A DNA stretch of 64,000 nt, taken from contig NC_135820.1 of NCBI RefSeq assembly GCF_964213995.1, positions 124,001-188,000 of the forward strand, given 5' to 3'. A model generated the notes under the pieces. The model had not been told where the DNA came from. It was given only the letters and a program-made list of their open reading frames with translations, and did no database searches. Both the position numbers and the translations under genes were made by a program. Each line of letters begins with the position of its first letter. The stretch's first letter is position 1. Below are positions 11,931 through 24,059 of this stretch, in pieces. The DNA comes from Mustelus asterias (lineage: Eukaryota).

Positions 11931-13473
11931 GATTTTTTAGGGAACATTAAAACTGACAAAGCCCCAGGGCCTGATGGCATCTATCCTAGACTGCTCAGGG
12001 AGACGAGAGATGAAATTGCTGGGCCTCTGACGGAAATCTTTTGTCGCTTCTTTGGACACAGGTGAGGTCCCTGAGGATTGGAGGATAGCGAATGTGGTCC
12101 CGTTGTTTAAGAAGGGTAGCAGGGATAACCCGGGAAATTATCGGCCGGTGAGCTTGACGTCCGTGGTAGGGAAGTTGTTGGAGAGGATTCTTTGAGACAG
12201 GATGTATGTGCATTTAGAACGGAACAATCTCATTAGTGACAGACAGCATGGTTTTGTAAGAGGGAGGTCGTGCCTTACAAATTTGGTGGAGTTTTTTGAG
12301 GAAGTGACAAAAACGGTTGACGAAGGAAGGGCCGTGGATGTCGTCTATATGGATTTCAGTAAGGCATTTGACAAAGTCCTACATGGCATGTGGCTAGAAG
12401 GGTGGAGAACTGACTTGGCCACAGGAGACAGAGGGTAGCGGTCGAAGGGTCTTTTTCCGGCTGGAGGTCTGTGACCAGTGGTGTTCCGCAGGGCTCTGTA
12501 CTGGGACCTCTGCTATTTGTGATATATATAAATGATTTGGAAGAAGGTGTAACTGGTGTTGTCAGCAAGTTTGCGGATGACACAAAGATGGCTGGACTTG
12601 CGGATAGCGATGAGCATTGTCGGGCAATACAGCAGGATATAGATAGGCTGGAAAATTGGGCGGAGAGGTGGCAGATGGAATTTAATCCGGATAAATGCGA
12701 AGTGATGCATTTTGGAAGAAATAATGTAGGGAGTTGTTATACAATAAATGGCAGAGTCATCAAGAGTATAGAAACACAGAGGGACCTAGGTGTGCAAGTC
12801 CACAAATCCTTGAAGGTGGCAACACAGGTGGAGAAGGTGGTGAAGAAGGCATGTGGTATGCTTGCCTTTATAGGATGGGGTATAGAGTATAAAAGCTGGA
12901 GTCTGATGATGCAGGTGTATAGAATGCTGGTTAGGCTACATTTGGAGTACTGCGTCCAGTTCTGGTCGCCGCACTACCAGAAGGACGTGGAGACATTAGA
13001 GAGAGTGCAGAAAAGGTTTACCAGGATGTTGCCTGGTATGGAGGGTCTTAGCTATGAGGAGAGATTGGGTAAACTGGGGCTGTTCTCCCTGGAAAGACGG
13101 AGAATGAGGGGAGATCTAATAGAGGTGTACAAGATTATGAAGGGGATAGATAGGGTGAACGGTGGGAAGCTTTTTCCCAGATCAGAAGTGATGATCACGA
13201 GGGGTCACGGGCTCAAGGTGAGAGGGGCGAAGTATAACTCAGATATTAGAGGGATGTTTTTTACACAGAGGGTGGTGGGGGCCTGGAATGCGCTGCCAAG
13301 TAGGGTGGTGGAGGCAGGCACGCTGACATCGTTTAAGACTTACCTGGATAGTCACATGAGCAGCCTGGGAATGGAGGGATACAAACGATTGGTCTAGTTG
13401 GACCAATGAGCGGCACAGGCTTGGAGGGCCGAAGGGCCTGTTTCCTGTGCTGTACTGTTCTTTGTTCTTTGAT
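11931..13473 (+). mobile_element. 5'-truncated CR1 LINE (RT region to 3' tail)
   Basis: ORFs 12202-12438 and 12471-13397 with [26 protein letters not shown]; tail ctgttctttgttctttg. Confidence 0.93.
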
Positions 13474-13528
13474 TAATGTCTAGTATGGATGGAATTTTCA
13501 ATTTGGATCAACATTGCTAACCATGAAA

Positions 13529-13935
13529 GGGAAAATGCTGGAAAATCTCAGCAGGTCTGGCAGCATCTGTAAGGAAAGAAAAGAGCTGACGTTTCAAGTC
13601 CAGATGACCCTTTGTCAAAGCTAAGAGACGTAGAAAGTGGGAGATATTTATACTGCAGGGGGAGGGAATGAAAGATGAGTCATAGCCACAGAAACCAGGG
13701 GAAAGGCTGCTGATGGTCCCATGGTTTCTGTGGCTATGACTCATCTTTCATTCCCTCCCCCTGCAGTATAAATGTCTCCCACTTTTTATGCCTTTTAGCT
13801 TTGATAAAGGGTCAGCAGGACTCGAAACGTCAGCTCTTTTCTCTCCTTACAGATGCTGCCAGACCAGCTGAGATTTTCCAGCGTTTTCTCTTTTGGTTTC
13901 AGATCCCAGCATCCGCAGTAATTTGCTTTTATTTT
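13529..13935. mobile_element. Palindromic Penelope-derived non-autonomous element (long inverted repeat)
   Basis: 13529-~13697 is the reverse complement of ~13721-13890; contains a degenerate hammerhead-like ttgataaagggtca..gactcgaaacgtc. Confidence 0.75.
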
Positions 13936-13992
13936 AATACTAAACACAGATGACTCTGATTATCTCTGTGACCATTATTGTTTCTATTACAG

Positions 13993-14109
13993 AAGAAAGA
14001 TGAGAAGGTTCTGGAAATGAAATCTGGCCAGGGCCTCAATCCTGATCCAGATGATAATGTTTATGAACCCTACAAGGCTGACAACGACTCAGTCTATGCA
14101 AATGTATAA
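13993..14109 (+). CDS. Siglec-like gene 1 terminal cytoplasmic exon with tyrosine motifs (NVYEPY, ITIM-type SVYANV-stop)
   Basis: Acceptor tgtttctattacag; phase-0 frame KKDEKVLEMKSGQGLNPDPDDNVYEPYKADNDSVYANV*. SVYANV fits the (S/I/V/L)xYxx(I/V/L) consensus. Confidence 0.82.
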   Translation, partial: KKDEKVLEMKSGQGLNPDPDDNVYEPYKADNDSVYANV

Positions 14110-14559
14110 ATGAAGCAAGAATGAGACGTACACACTTGGGAAGAATGTAGAACAAGAGAATCATTCAAGACTCCAATTTACCTCCTTGTAAATCACACAA
14201 ACTCCCCTCTTTCAACTTTGCCCATGTTATCTGGACTTGCCTGGGAGCTGGTTGACCAATTCAACACATTTTGGATATGCCAGCTCATTTTACATGCTAT
14301 TCTTCTCCATTTTCTCATCCTGGGTCTGGCACTGTTATATGCTGGCTTACTGCACCAATGGCTGGGTTCTTTCATATGCAGCTAGTCCTGTAAGTGGGGG
14401 TATTTAATCCAGGGATCTCCTGGCTTCAGAACGTGCCTATTGAGCTACTCCATCTCCCTGCAAAAATCGCAGGGTCTCAAAATGCCGTAAGTAGTTTTGA
14501 AACTTCTTGATCTGAGCTTTTAGTGCTGGTGTGATGGCCGGTACATTGTCCCAGTGACT

Positions 14560-14850
14560 GGATGATCAATTCAAAGGACATATAGACAGATTACAGGTTG
14601 TACTCCATCAGCCCAATCTCGCAAAACCCCCCAAAAATTGTCTACTGTTAGATGTGATTCTGCGATTGGGCAGCACTTACTGAATAATCCCGAGTGTGCT
14701 AATAGCAACACAACCAATTTCAGATAATTATTCAAAATTGTAAAGTGGCTCATTTACACTTGCTAAAAGTGACATACATTCAGACACGGTGATACATTGT
14801 CTGCAAACAAAAGGAATATGATCAAGCCTTGTACCTCATCTAAATAACCC
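14560..14850 (+). mobile_element. Old Penelope-like GIY-YIG remnant
   Basis: gattctgcgattgggcagcacttactgaataatcccgagtgtgct translates to DSAIGQHLLNNPECA, resembling PLE endonuclease C-terminal sequence. Confidence 0.5.
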
Positions 14851-15018
14851 AGGAACTTGGCAAGCCAATAATTACCTGTTGCTTTCTGCATGGCAGCATG
14901 TCATCCAGTTATAGGTGGCGTAGTGGTACTGTCACTGGACTAGTAATCCAGAGACGTGGGGTAATGTTCCAGGGACCTGGGTTCAATTCTCACCACGGCA
15001 GGTTATGGGATTTGAATT

Positions 15019-15999
15019 AGAACATAGAACATAGAAAAACTACAGCACAAACAGGCCCTTCGGCCCACAAGTTGCGCTGGTCATGTCCCTACCTACCTAG
15101 GCCTATATATAGGCTTACCTATAACCCTCAATCCTATTAAGTCCCATGTACTCATCCAGAAGTCTCTTAAAAGACCCTATCGAGTTTGCCTCCACCACCA
15201 TTGACGGCAGCCGATTCCACTCACCCACCACCCTCTGAGTGAAAAACTTACCCCTGACATCTCCTCTGTACCTACTCTCCAGCACCTTAAACCTGTGTCC
15301 TCTTGTATCAGCCATTTCAGCCCTGGGAAAAAGCCTCCGAGAATCCACCCGATCTATACCTCTCAACATCTTGTACACCTCTATCAGGTCACCTCTCATC
15401 CTTCGTCTCTCCAAGGAGAAAAGACCGAGCTCCCTCAGCCTATCCTCATAAGGCATGCCACCCAATCTAGGCAACATCCTTGTAAATCTTCTCTGCACCC
15501 TTTCAATAATTTCTACATCCTTCCTGTAGTGAGGCGACCAGAACTGAGCACAGTACTCTAAGTGGGGTCTGACGAGGGTCTTATAAAGCTGCATCATTAT
15601 CCCCGGACTCCGAAACTCAATCCCTCGATTGATGAAGGCCAGCACACCATATGCCTTCTTAACCACCTCCTCTACCTGCGAGGCCGATTTAAGAGTCCAA
15701 GGTCCTTCTGATCCTCTACACTGCTAAGAGTCTTACCCTTGATATTATACTCCTTCATCCCATTTGACCTGCCAAATGTACCACGACACATTTATCCGGG
15801 TTGAAGTCCATCTGCCACTTCTCCGCCCAGTCTTGCATCCTATCGATGTCACGCTGCAGCTTCTGACATCCCTCCAAACTATCCACAACACCACAAACCT
15901 TTGTGTCATCGGCAAACTTACCAACCCATCCCTCCACTTCCTCATCCAGGTCATTTATGAAAATGACAAACAGCAAGGGTCCCAGAACAGATCCCTGGG
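15019..15999 (-). mobile_element. CR1 LINE 3' part (RT C-terminus and (TTCTATG)n tail)
   Basis: ORFs 15115-15666 and 15755-15976; tail agaacatagaacatag. Confidence 0.93.
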
Positions 16000-16013
16000 T
16001 ACACTATGGGTAC

Positions 16014-16286
16014 TGAACCATAGATGGTTATCACTATGGGTAATTGTACATATGTTACTCTTGTTACTGTTGGGGTTAGGGTTGGGGTGTTCCACCTGTT
16101 GGTATTGTTCTGTGGTACACTCCGGTTGGCTCCGCCGACCTGTAGGAGTATAAAGGTCACTGCACTGCCTAGTGACCCTTTAGTCTGGGATTGTATTGTT
16201 AAGCAGTATGCTCCATTCTTGTTGCTAATAAAAGCCTTTATTTCCCGGATACGATCCAGCCTCCCGAGTGAATTAATCGCGCATCA
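16014..16286 (+). repeat. 5' LTR (first ~5 nt lost), with TATAAAAG at ~16149 and AATAAA at 16227
   Basis: Direct repeat of 20313-20585. Confidence 0.93.
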
Positions 16287-16325
16287 ATTTTATTAGCAAC
16301 AATTTTGGTTGAAGAAAAAAAAACC

Positions 16326-19300
16326 ATGGAGCAAATGTTAAAACCCGATCGGCTTACCTTAGATCCGCGTGCAGCGGGAGCGTCGAACACTTTCGACCAT
16401 TGGTTGAAGTGTTTCCAGGATTATATCGACGCCTCAACAGCAATTCAAAACAACGCCGATAGATTGCGGGTCCTCCATGCAAGGGTAAGCGACACTGTGT
16501 ATGCAACAATCCGTGATGCCCAAGACTACAAAGGGGCCATCGAACTACTTAAGAAGCTGTACAATAAACCGCCAAACGAGATTCATGCTCGGCACCTACT
16601 AGCCACTCGACGGCGGCAGCCCGGCGAAACGACGGGACAGAACCTGCGCGAACTTCAGCAGCTAGCCAGAGCCTGCAATTGCAAGCCAGTGTCGGCTACT
16701 CAATATACTAACGATCTGATCCGAGATGCGTTCGTGGCGGGAATCGGCTCATCCTATATTCGCCTGCGGCTGCTAGAGCAAGGTAACTTAGACCTAGCTA
16801 AGATGGTGGAATTGGCTGATGCGATGGAAACGGCCTCCAGAGGTCTTGAAACTTGCCCCACCGACCACGTGGGAATATTGTGGCAAGTACAGCCACCGAC
16901 TCAACTCTACCCAGCAGCTCCGAGGAACTGCGCGATCGTGCTTTCAACCTCGGACCTGACGGCGGCGGCAGCTCCAGGTGGCCGCGGTGCTATTTCTGTG
17001 GATTGGCAAAGCACCCTCGTCAGCAATGTTCGGCCAGAACGGTATTTTGCTCCGCGTGTGGGAAGAAAGGGCACTATGCTAAAGTGTGCCGAGCTAAACC
17101 ACCTTCGAAGCCAAGCAGTGCGGCGTGTGACTCTCCAGGATCTGTCTCCTCATTTCCGGCTTCATCGAGGTCTTCAACCACGTGCGATTCACGAGCGCCG
17201 CCATTCCTGAGGACGACGATGCAAGACACGTGCGACCTGCGAGTGCCGCCACTTTCAACGCCATCGACCACGTGCGATCCATGGGCACAGCCATTTTGGT
17301 CAACACCGACCGCAGACGACCAGCAGGGGTCACCATCATCGACCATCTCAGCTGCCTGCAGTTGCACTCAAGATTCAACGGTGGCGTCAATCATCCTGGA
17401 CCAGGCCAAGCCTCACAGACTCGACAAGTCCATGATGGACATAGAGGTAAACGGACGCCTGATACATTGTCTGTTTGACAGCGGGAGCACGGAGAGTTCG
17501 GTCTCCGAGTACAGACTGTCAGACAGACAATTTCTATGGCGTCGAGGTCCCGATCTGTTACCGTTCTTGGGAGCTGCGTGGTGAACCTAACGGTGCGGGG
17601 CACAGTTTATGAGAACTTCAGGCTCCTCGTGTTACCGCACCTTTGCGCTCCGATACTCCTGGGACTAGACTTTATGGTCCACCTGAGGAGTGTGACCCTG
17701 CAGTACGATGGGCCACTCCCTCCACTTTCAGTGGGAGAACAGCAGCCTCCAAATTGCCCAGCGCGCTCCACGTGCAGTCTCTCGACACTCAGAATCACCC
17801 CGCCATCTTTATTTGAAAATCTCGTGCCAGGCTGCAAGCCCATCGCAACTAAGAGCAGGCGTTACAGCGCTGAGGATCGGTTCTTTATTCGATCTGAGGT
17901 TCAGCGGCTCCTCAGGGAAGGGATCATTCAACCTAGCACTAGCCCATGGAGAGCACAAGTCGTGGTGGTTAAGACTGGAGACAAGCCCCGGATGGTCACA
18001 GACTATAGTCAGACCATTAATAGGTACACGCAGCTGGACGCGTACCCTCTCCTGCGCATATCTGACATGGTCAACCAGGTTGCGCAGTACCGGGTGTTCT
18101 CCACCATTGACTTGAAGTCAGCCTATCACCAGCTCCCCATTCGCCCAGAGGACCGAAAATATACGGCCTTTGAGGCGGATGGTCGTCTCTACCACTTCTT
18201 AAGGGTCCCCTTTGGCGTCACTAATGGGGTCTCGGTCTTCCAGCGTGCAATAGACCGAATGGTGGACCAAAACGGGCTACGGGCTACCTTCCCGTACCTG
18301 GACAACGTCACTATCTGCGGCCATGACCAGCAGGACCACGATGCCAACCTCCTAAAGTTTTTACGCACTGCGTCTCGCCTGAATCTGACCTATAACGGGG
18401 AGAAGTGTGTATTCAGCAAGCGCCGCCTAGCAATTCTCGGATACGTGGTGGAAAACGGGGTCCTTGGCCCTGATCCAGATCGTATGCGTCCCCTCCTTGA
18501 ACTTCCCCTACCCACTAGTGTCAAAGCACTGAGAAGATGCTTAGGCTTCTTTTCGTATTACGCACAGTGGGTTCCCAATTATGCAGACAAAGCCCGTCCG
18601 CTCATAAAGTCTACCTCTTTTCCCCTGGCAGCAGAGGCTCACTTAGCCTTTGAAGGGATAAAAGCTGACATCGCGAAAGCCACGATGCACGCTGTCGATG
18701 AGTCCATCCCCTTCCAGGTGGAGAGTGATGCATCTGATTTCGCCCTGGCCGCCACACTTAACCAGGCGGGCAGGCCCGTCGCCTTTTTCTCTCGCACCCT
18801 CCAAGGCCCTGAAATTCGGCACTCCACTGTGGAAAAAGAGGCTCAGGCCATTGTGGAGGCCGTCCAGCATTGGCGCCATTACTTGGCTGGAAAACGATTT
18901 ACCCTGCTCACGGACCAGCGGTCCGTGGCCTTCATGTTCAACAACACGTTAAGGGGTAAGATCAAAAATGATAAAATCTTGAGGTGGAGAATCGAACTCT
19001 CCACCTACAACTATGATATCATGTACCGTCCGGGGAAGCTCAATGAGCCTTCAGATGCTCTGTCGCGTGGAACATGTGCCAGTGTGCAGGAGGACCGGCT
19101 ACAGGCCCTCCACAATGATCTCTGCCATCCGGGGATCACTCGGCTCTTCCATTTTGTAAAGGCCCGGAATCTACCCTACTCCGTAGAGGATGTCAGGTCG
19201 ATAACTCGAAGCTGCCAGGTATGTGCTGAATGCAAGCCGCACTTCTACCGACCTGACAGGGCACACCTCATTAAGGCCACTCGCCCTTTTGAAAGACTGA

Positions 19301-20245
19301 GTGTTGATTCCTTCGACAGACCGGAATGTGTACTTCCTCAACGTGGTTGACGAGTACTCCCGATTCCCTTTTGCCATTCCCTGTTCAGACATGACCGCTG
19401 CCACGGTTATCAAAGTTTTGCAGGATCTTTTCACCCTGTTTGGTTACCCCAGTTATATCCACAGTGATAGGGGTTCATCGTTTATGAGTGACGACTTGAG
19501 GCAATACCTGCTCTCTAAAGGGATTGCCTCAAGTAGGACTACGAGTTACAACCCAAGGGGTAACGGGCAGGTCGAAAGAGAAAACGCTACAGTCTGGAAG
19601 GCTGTTTTACTGGCGTTGAGGTCTAAGGGTCTTCCAGTCTCCCGTTGGCAAGAGGTACTTTCTGATGCGCTCCATTCAATCCCGTCCCTCCTGTGTACGG
19701 CAACCAACGCTACCCCTCATGAGCGGATGTTTACCTTCCCTAGGAAGTCTTCCTCTGGGACCTTACTGCCGTCTTGGTTGACGTACTCAGGACCTGTCCT
19801 CCTGCGGTGGCATGTTAGGACCCGCAAGTCCGACCCTTTGGTTGAACAGGTCCATCTCCTCCACGCCAACCCTCAATATGCCTATGTAGCATATCCTGAC
19901 GGGCGAGAGGACACGGTCTCTATTCGAGATCTGGCGCCTGCAGGGGACCTGGAAACCCCCGTCGCTCCCGCATCCTTGGTTAGGGACCCCTTGCCCTTTA
20001 TCTCCCCTCCTGACACGGCGCGGGCAGTATCGGGACCACCACTTAATCCTCTTACTCCCGTGTACAGCTTGCCTGAGTCCAGGAGATTGTCGCCACCTCG
20101 TGGTCCACCCGTCCGTGAGGAGCTGGAGGAGTCACTGGACACCGCCATGGAGAGAGGGTCATCACGGTCACCAGAACCGGCGCTACCGCCAGTGTTGAGG
20201 AGGTCGCAGAGATGGTGCGGCTCTCCAATACGACTGAACTTGTGA
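16326..20245 (+). pseudogene. Gypsy gag-pol, disrupted by about three frameshifts or small deletions (~16980, ~17500, ~19305)
   Basis: ORFs 16305-17210, 16853-17584, 17536-19350 and 19301-20245 carry consecutive domains in different frames. Confidence 0.88.
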
Positions 20246-20307
20246 ATATATGGACAGTTCGTACTGTTTTTTTGCCCCACCGGCCTTTGTTTTAAAGGAG
20301 GGGTGAA

Positions 20308-20585
20308 TGTGGTGAACCATAGATGGTTATCACTATGGGTACTTGTACATATGTTACTCTTGTTACTGTTGGGGTTAGGGTTGGAGTGTTCCACCTGTTG
20401 GTATTGTTCTGTGGTACACTCCGGTTGGCTCCGCCTACCTATAGGAGTATAAAGGTCACTGCACTGCCTAGTGACCCTTTAGTCTGGGATTGTATTGTTA
20501 AGCAGTATGCTCCATTCTTGTTGCTAATAAAAGATTTTATTTCCCGGGTATGATCCAGCCTCCCGAGTGAATTAATCGCGCATCA
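20308..20585 (+). repeat. 3' LTR
   Basis: Starts TG right after the PPT, ends ..GCGCATCA. Confidence 0.95.
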
Positions 20586-21287
20586 GACTTTCTCACCTTC
20601 ACATTTTATAGGTCCTATTCCTTCACATCTCATCCTTTTACTCTTCACATATTTATAGAACGCCTTAGGGTTCTCCTTAATCTTACCTGCCAAGGCCTTC
20701 TCGTGACCCCTTCTGGTTCTCCTAAATTCCTTCTTAAGTCTCTTCCTACAAGCCGTATACTCATCTAGATCCCCATCATCGCCTAGCTCTCTGAATCTTT
20801 CGTCCGCTTTCCTTTTCCTTTTGACTAGGTTCAGCCCAGCTTTCGTGCACCACGGTTCCCGTAACCTATCAAAACCTCCCTGTCTCATCGGAACATTGTC
20901 ATGTAGAACTCCAGACAAACATTCCTTGAAAATCTGCCACCTTACTTCGGTACTTTCCCTTGAGAATACCTCCTTCCAATTTACGCCTCTAATCTCCTGC
21001 CTGATGGCTTCATATTTCCCTTTACTCCAGATAAACACTTTCCTAGCTTGCCTGATCCTATCTCTTTCCAACATTAGCGTAAAGGAGATAAAGTTATGAT
21101 CACTATCCCCAAGATGCTCCCCTACTGAGAGATCCGACACCTGTCCAGGCTCATTAGCCAGTACCAGATCGAGTACAGCCTCTCCTCTTGCAGGTTTATC
21201 CACATGCTGTGTCAGGAAACCCTCCTGAACACACCTCACAAACTCCTCCCCATCCAAACCCCTTACCCTAGGGATATTCCAATCGAT
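20586..21287 (-). mobile_element. CR1 LINE 5' part (end of APE and linker), probably the same insertion as 15019-15999
   Basis: ORF 20583-21335 with LDLVL, GDSDHN, EPW, IKENPKAFY. Confidence 0.85.
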
Positions 21288-22389
21288 GAATTGAATAAAA
21301 AAAGGAATTAAAGGACTAAAGGACGACGAAACCATTGTCAGTTGTTGTAAAAACCCATCTGGTTCACTAACATTCCTTTAGGGAGAGAGCGAAGAAAGGA
21401 CTAATGTCCTTTAGGGCAAGAAAATTGCCATCATTATCTGGTCTGGCCTACATGTGACTCCTGACCATAGCAATGTGGTTGACTCTTGAACGGTCGAATA
21501 AAACACTCAGTTGTATCTAAGGATTACAAGCCCTCAATGGAATGAAACTGGACAGCCCACCCGACATTGAGCTAGACACATGGAATTACATTAGCATTTG
21601 CCCTGTCAGCCCTATAAAGTCCTCCTTACTAAACATCTAGAGGCTAGTGCCAAACTTGGGAGAGCTGTCCCACAGACTAGCCAAGCTGCAGCCTGATATA
21701 ATAATCCTGACGGACTCATACCTCACACACACGGTGCCAGACACCACCACCACCATACCTCGTAGAGTTAGCGGCACACTGGTTGGTATACAGTCGGGAC
21801 AGAGATTCCCTGGAAATCCTCACATCCACTCTGGGCCCCATGAAGTCTCATAGCATCAGGTAAAACATCGGCATGCTGATTACCATGTACCTCCCTCCCG
21901 CTCAGCTGATGATTCAATATTCGTCCACGTTGAACACCACTTTGAGGAAGCACTGAGGGTGGGAAGGGTGCAGCATGTCCTCTGGGTGGGGGGGATTACA
22001 ATGACCATCAACAAGGGTGGCTCGATAGTACCACCACAGACCGAGCTGGCCGGGTCCTAATGGACATAACTGCTAGACTGGGTCTGCAGCAGATGGTGAG
22101 AAAACAAGAGGGAAAAACATACTTGACCTCATCTTTACCAACATGCCTGATGTAGATGCATCTGTCAATGACAGTATCGGGAGAAGTGACCGCAGCTCAG
22201 ACTTTGTGGAGGCAAATTATCATTTTCACAATGAGGATAGCCTCCTTCGTGTGGTGATAAATAGGACAGACTTTGAACAGATCTAGCAACTCAAAGCTGG
22301 ACATCCATGAGGCGCTGTGGACAGAACTGTACTCAACCACAATCTGTAACCTCATGGCCTGACATATCTCCTGATCTCCTTTATTTCTA

Positions 22390-23797
22390 CGAAACCCATC
22401 TCCAAACTCCGTGGCCTGGGCCTCAGCTCCTCCCTCTGCGACTGGATCCTGAACTTCCTAACCCATGGACCACAATCAGAAAGGATAGACAACAACACCT
22501 CCCCCACGATCATCCTCAACACCGGTGCCCCACAGGCTGTGTTATCAGCCCCTCACTATACTCCTTATACACCTGCGACTGTGTGGCCAAATTCCCCTCC
22601 AACTTGACTTTCAAGTTTGCTGACAACACGCACGGTAGCACAGTGGTTAGCACTGCTGCTTCACAGCTCCAGGGTCCAGGGTTCGATTCCCGGCTCGGGT
22701 CACTGTCTGTGTGGAGTTTGCACATTCTCCTCGTGTCTGCGTGGGTTTCCCCCGGGTGCTCCGGTTTCCTCCCACAGTCCAAAGATGTGCGGGTTAGGTT
22801 GATTGGCCAGGTTAAAAATTGCCCCTTAGTGTCCTGAGATGCGTAGGTTAGAGGGATTAGCGGGTAAATATGTGGGGGTAGGGCCTGGGTGGGATTGTGG
22901 TCGGTGCAGACTCGATGGGCCGAATGGCCTCCTTCTGCACTGTGGGATTTCTATGATTTCTATGACCACCGTAGTGGGTCGGATCTCAAACAATAACGAG
23001 ACAGAGTACAGGAATGAGATAGAGAATCTGGTGAACTGGTGCGGCAACAATAATCTCTCCCTCAATGTCATCAAAACGAAGGAGATTGTTATCGACTTCA
23101 GGAAGCTTAAACGAGAACATGCCCCTGTCTACATCAATAAGGATGAAGTAGAAATGGTCAAGAGCTTCAGGTTTTTAGGTGTCCAGATCACCAACAACTT
23201 ATCCTGCTCCCTCCATGCCAACACTATAGTTAAGAAAGCCCACCAACGCCTCTACTTTCTCAGAAGACTAAGGAAATTTGGCATGTCAGCTACGACTCTC
23301 ACCAACTTTTACAGATGCACCATAGAAAGCATTCTTTCTGGTTGTATCACAGCTTGGTATGGCTCCTGCTCTGCCCAAGATCGCAAGAAACTACAAAGGA
23401 TCGTGAATGTAGCCCAATCCATCACCCGAACCAGCCTCCCATCCATTGACTCTGTCTATACTTCCTGCTGCCTCGGCAAAGCAGCCAGCATAATCAAGAA
23501 CCCCACGCATCTCGGGCATTCTCTCTTCCACCTTCTTCCCTCGGGAAAAAGATACAAAAGTCTGAGGTCATGTACCAACTGACTCAAGAACAGCTTCTTC
23601 CCTGCTGCTGTCAGACTTTTGAATGTACTTACCTTGCATTAAGTTGATTTTTCTCTACACCCTAACTATGACTGTAACACTACATTCTGCACTCTCTCCT
23701 TTCCTTCTCTATGAACGGTATGCTCTGTCTGTATAGCGCGCAAGAAACAATACTTTTCACTTTTTCCAATACGTGTGATAATAATAAATCAAATCAA
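22390..23797 (+). mobile_element. Rex1/Babar LINE 3' part interrupted by an HE1 SINE
   Basis: KFAD..|..TTVVG, KAHQRLYFLRRLRKF, FYRCTIESILSGCITAWYG; (ATCAA) tail. Confidence 0.9.
22629..22962 (+). mobile_element. HE1-type tRNA-derived SINE
   Basis: A/B boxes (tagcacagtgg, ggttcgattcc), core gtggagtttgcacattctcc, CR1-like tail ttctatgatttctatg. Confidence 0.9.
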
Positions 23798-24059
23798 CTA
23801 TAACAACTATAACAACGACATGCAAAATAGCATATGCAGCAAGTGATAGTCAGAGAGAAGTGATCTAAGCTTTACAATACTACCACATCCACTCAGAATA
23901 GTGGTGGATAATTAAACAACTGACTGGAGGAGGAGGCTCCACTGAAATCGCCATCCTCAATGGTGGAGGAGCCCAGTGCATCAATGCAAAAGGTAAGGCT
24001 GAAGCATCTACAACAATCTTCATTCAGAAGTGCCGAGTGGATGATCTATTTTGGCCTCT

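Larger units (their letters stand above)
16014..20585 (+). mobile_element. Ty3/Gypsy LTR retrotransposon (Mag-like, two CCHC knuckles, no chromodomain), frameshifted
   Basis: LTRs at 16014-16286 and 20308-20585 (3' LTR is TG..CA; about 8 differences between them). PPT aaaggaggggtgaa at 20294-20307. Domain order gag, PR (FDSGS), RT (LDAYPL, IDLKSAYHQ, PFG, YLDN), RNase H (SDAS, EKEA, TD), IN (HHCC, HSDRG, NGQVER). Confidence 0.95.

Noticed and set aside
9460-11940. 826-aa and 771-aa repeat ORFs
   Set aside because: Product of a 24-bp tandem unit lacking stops in those frames
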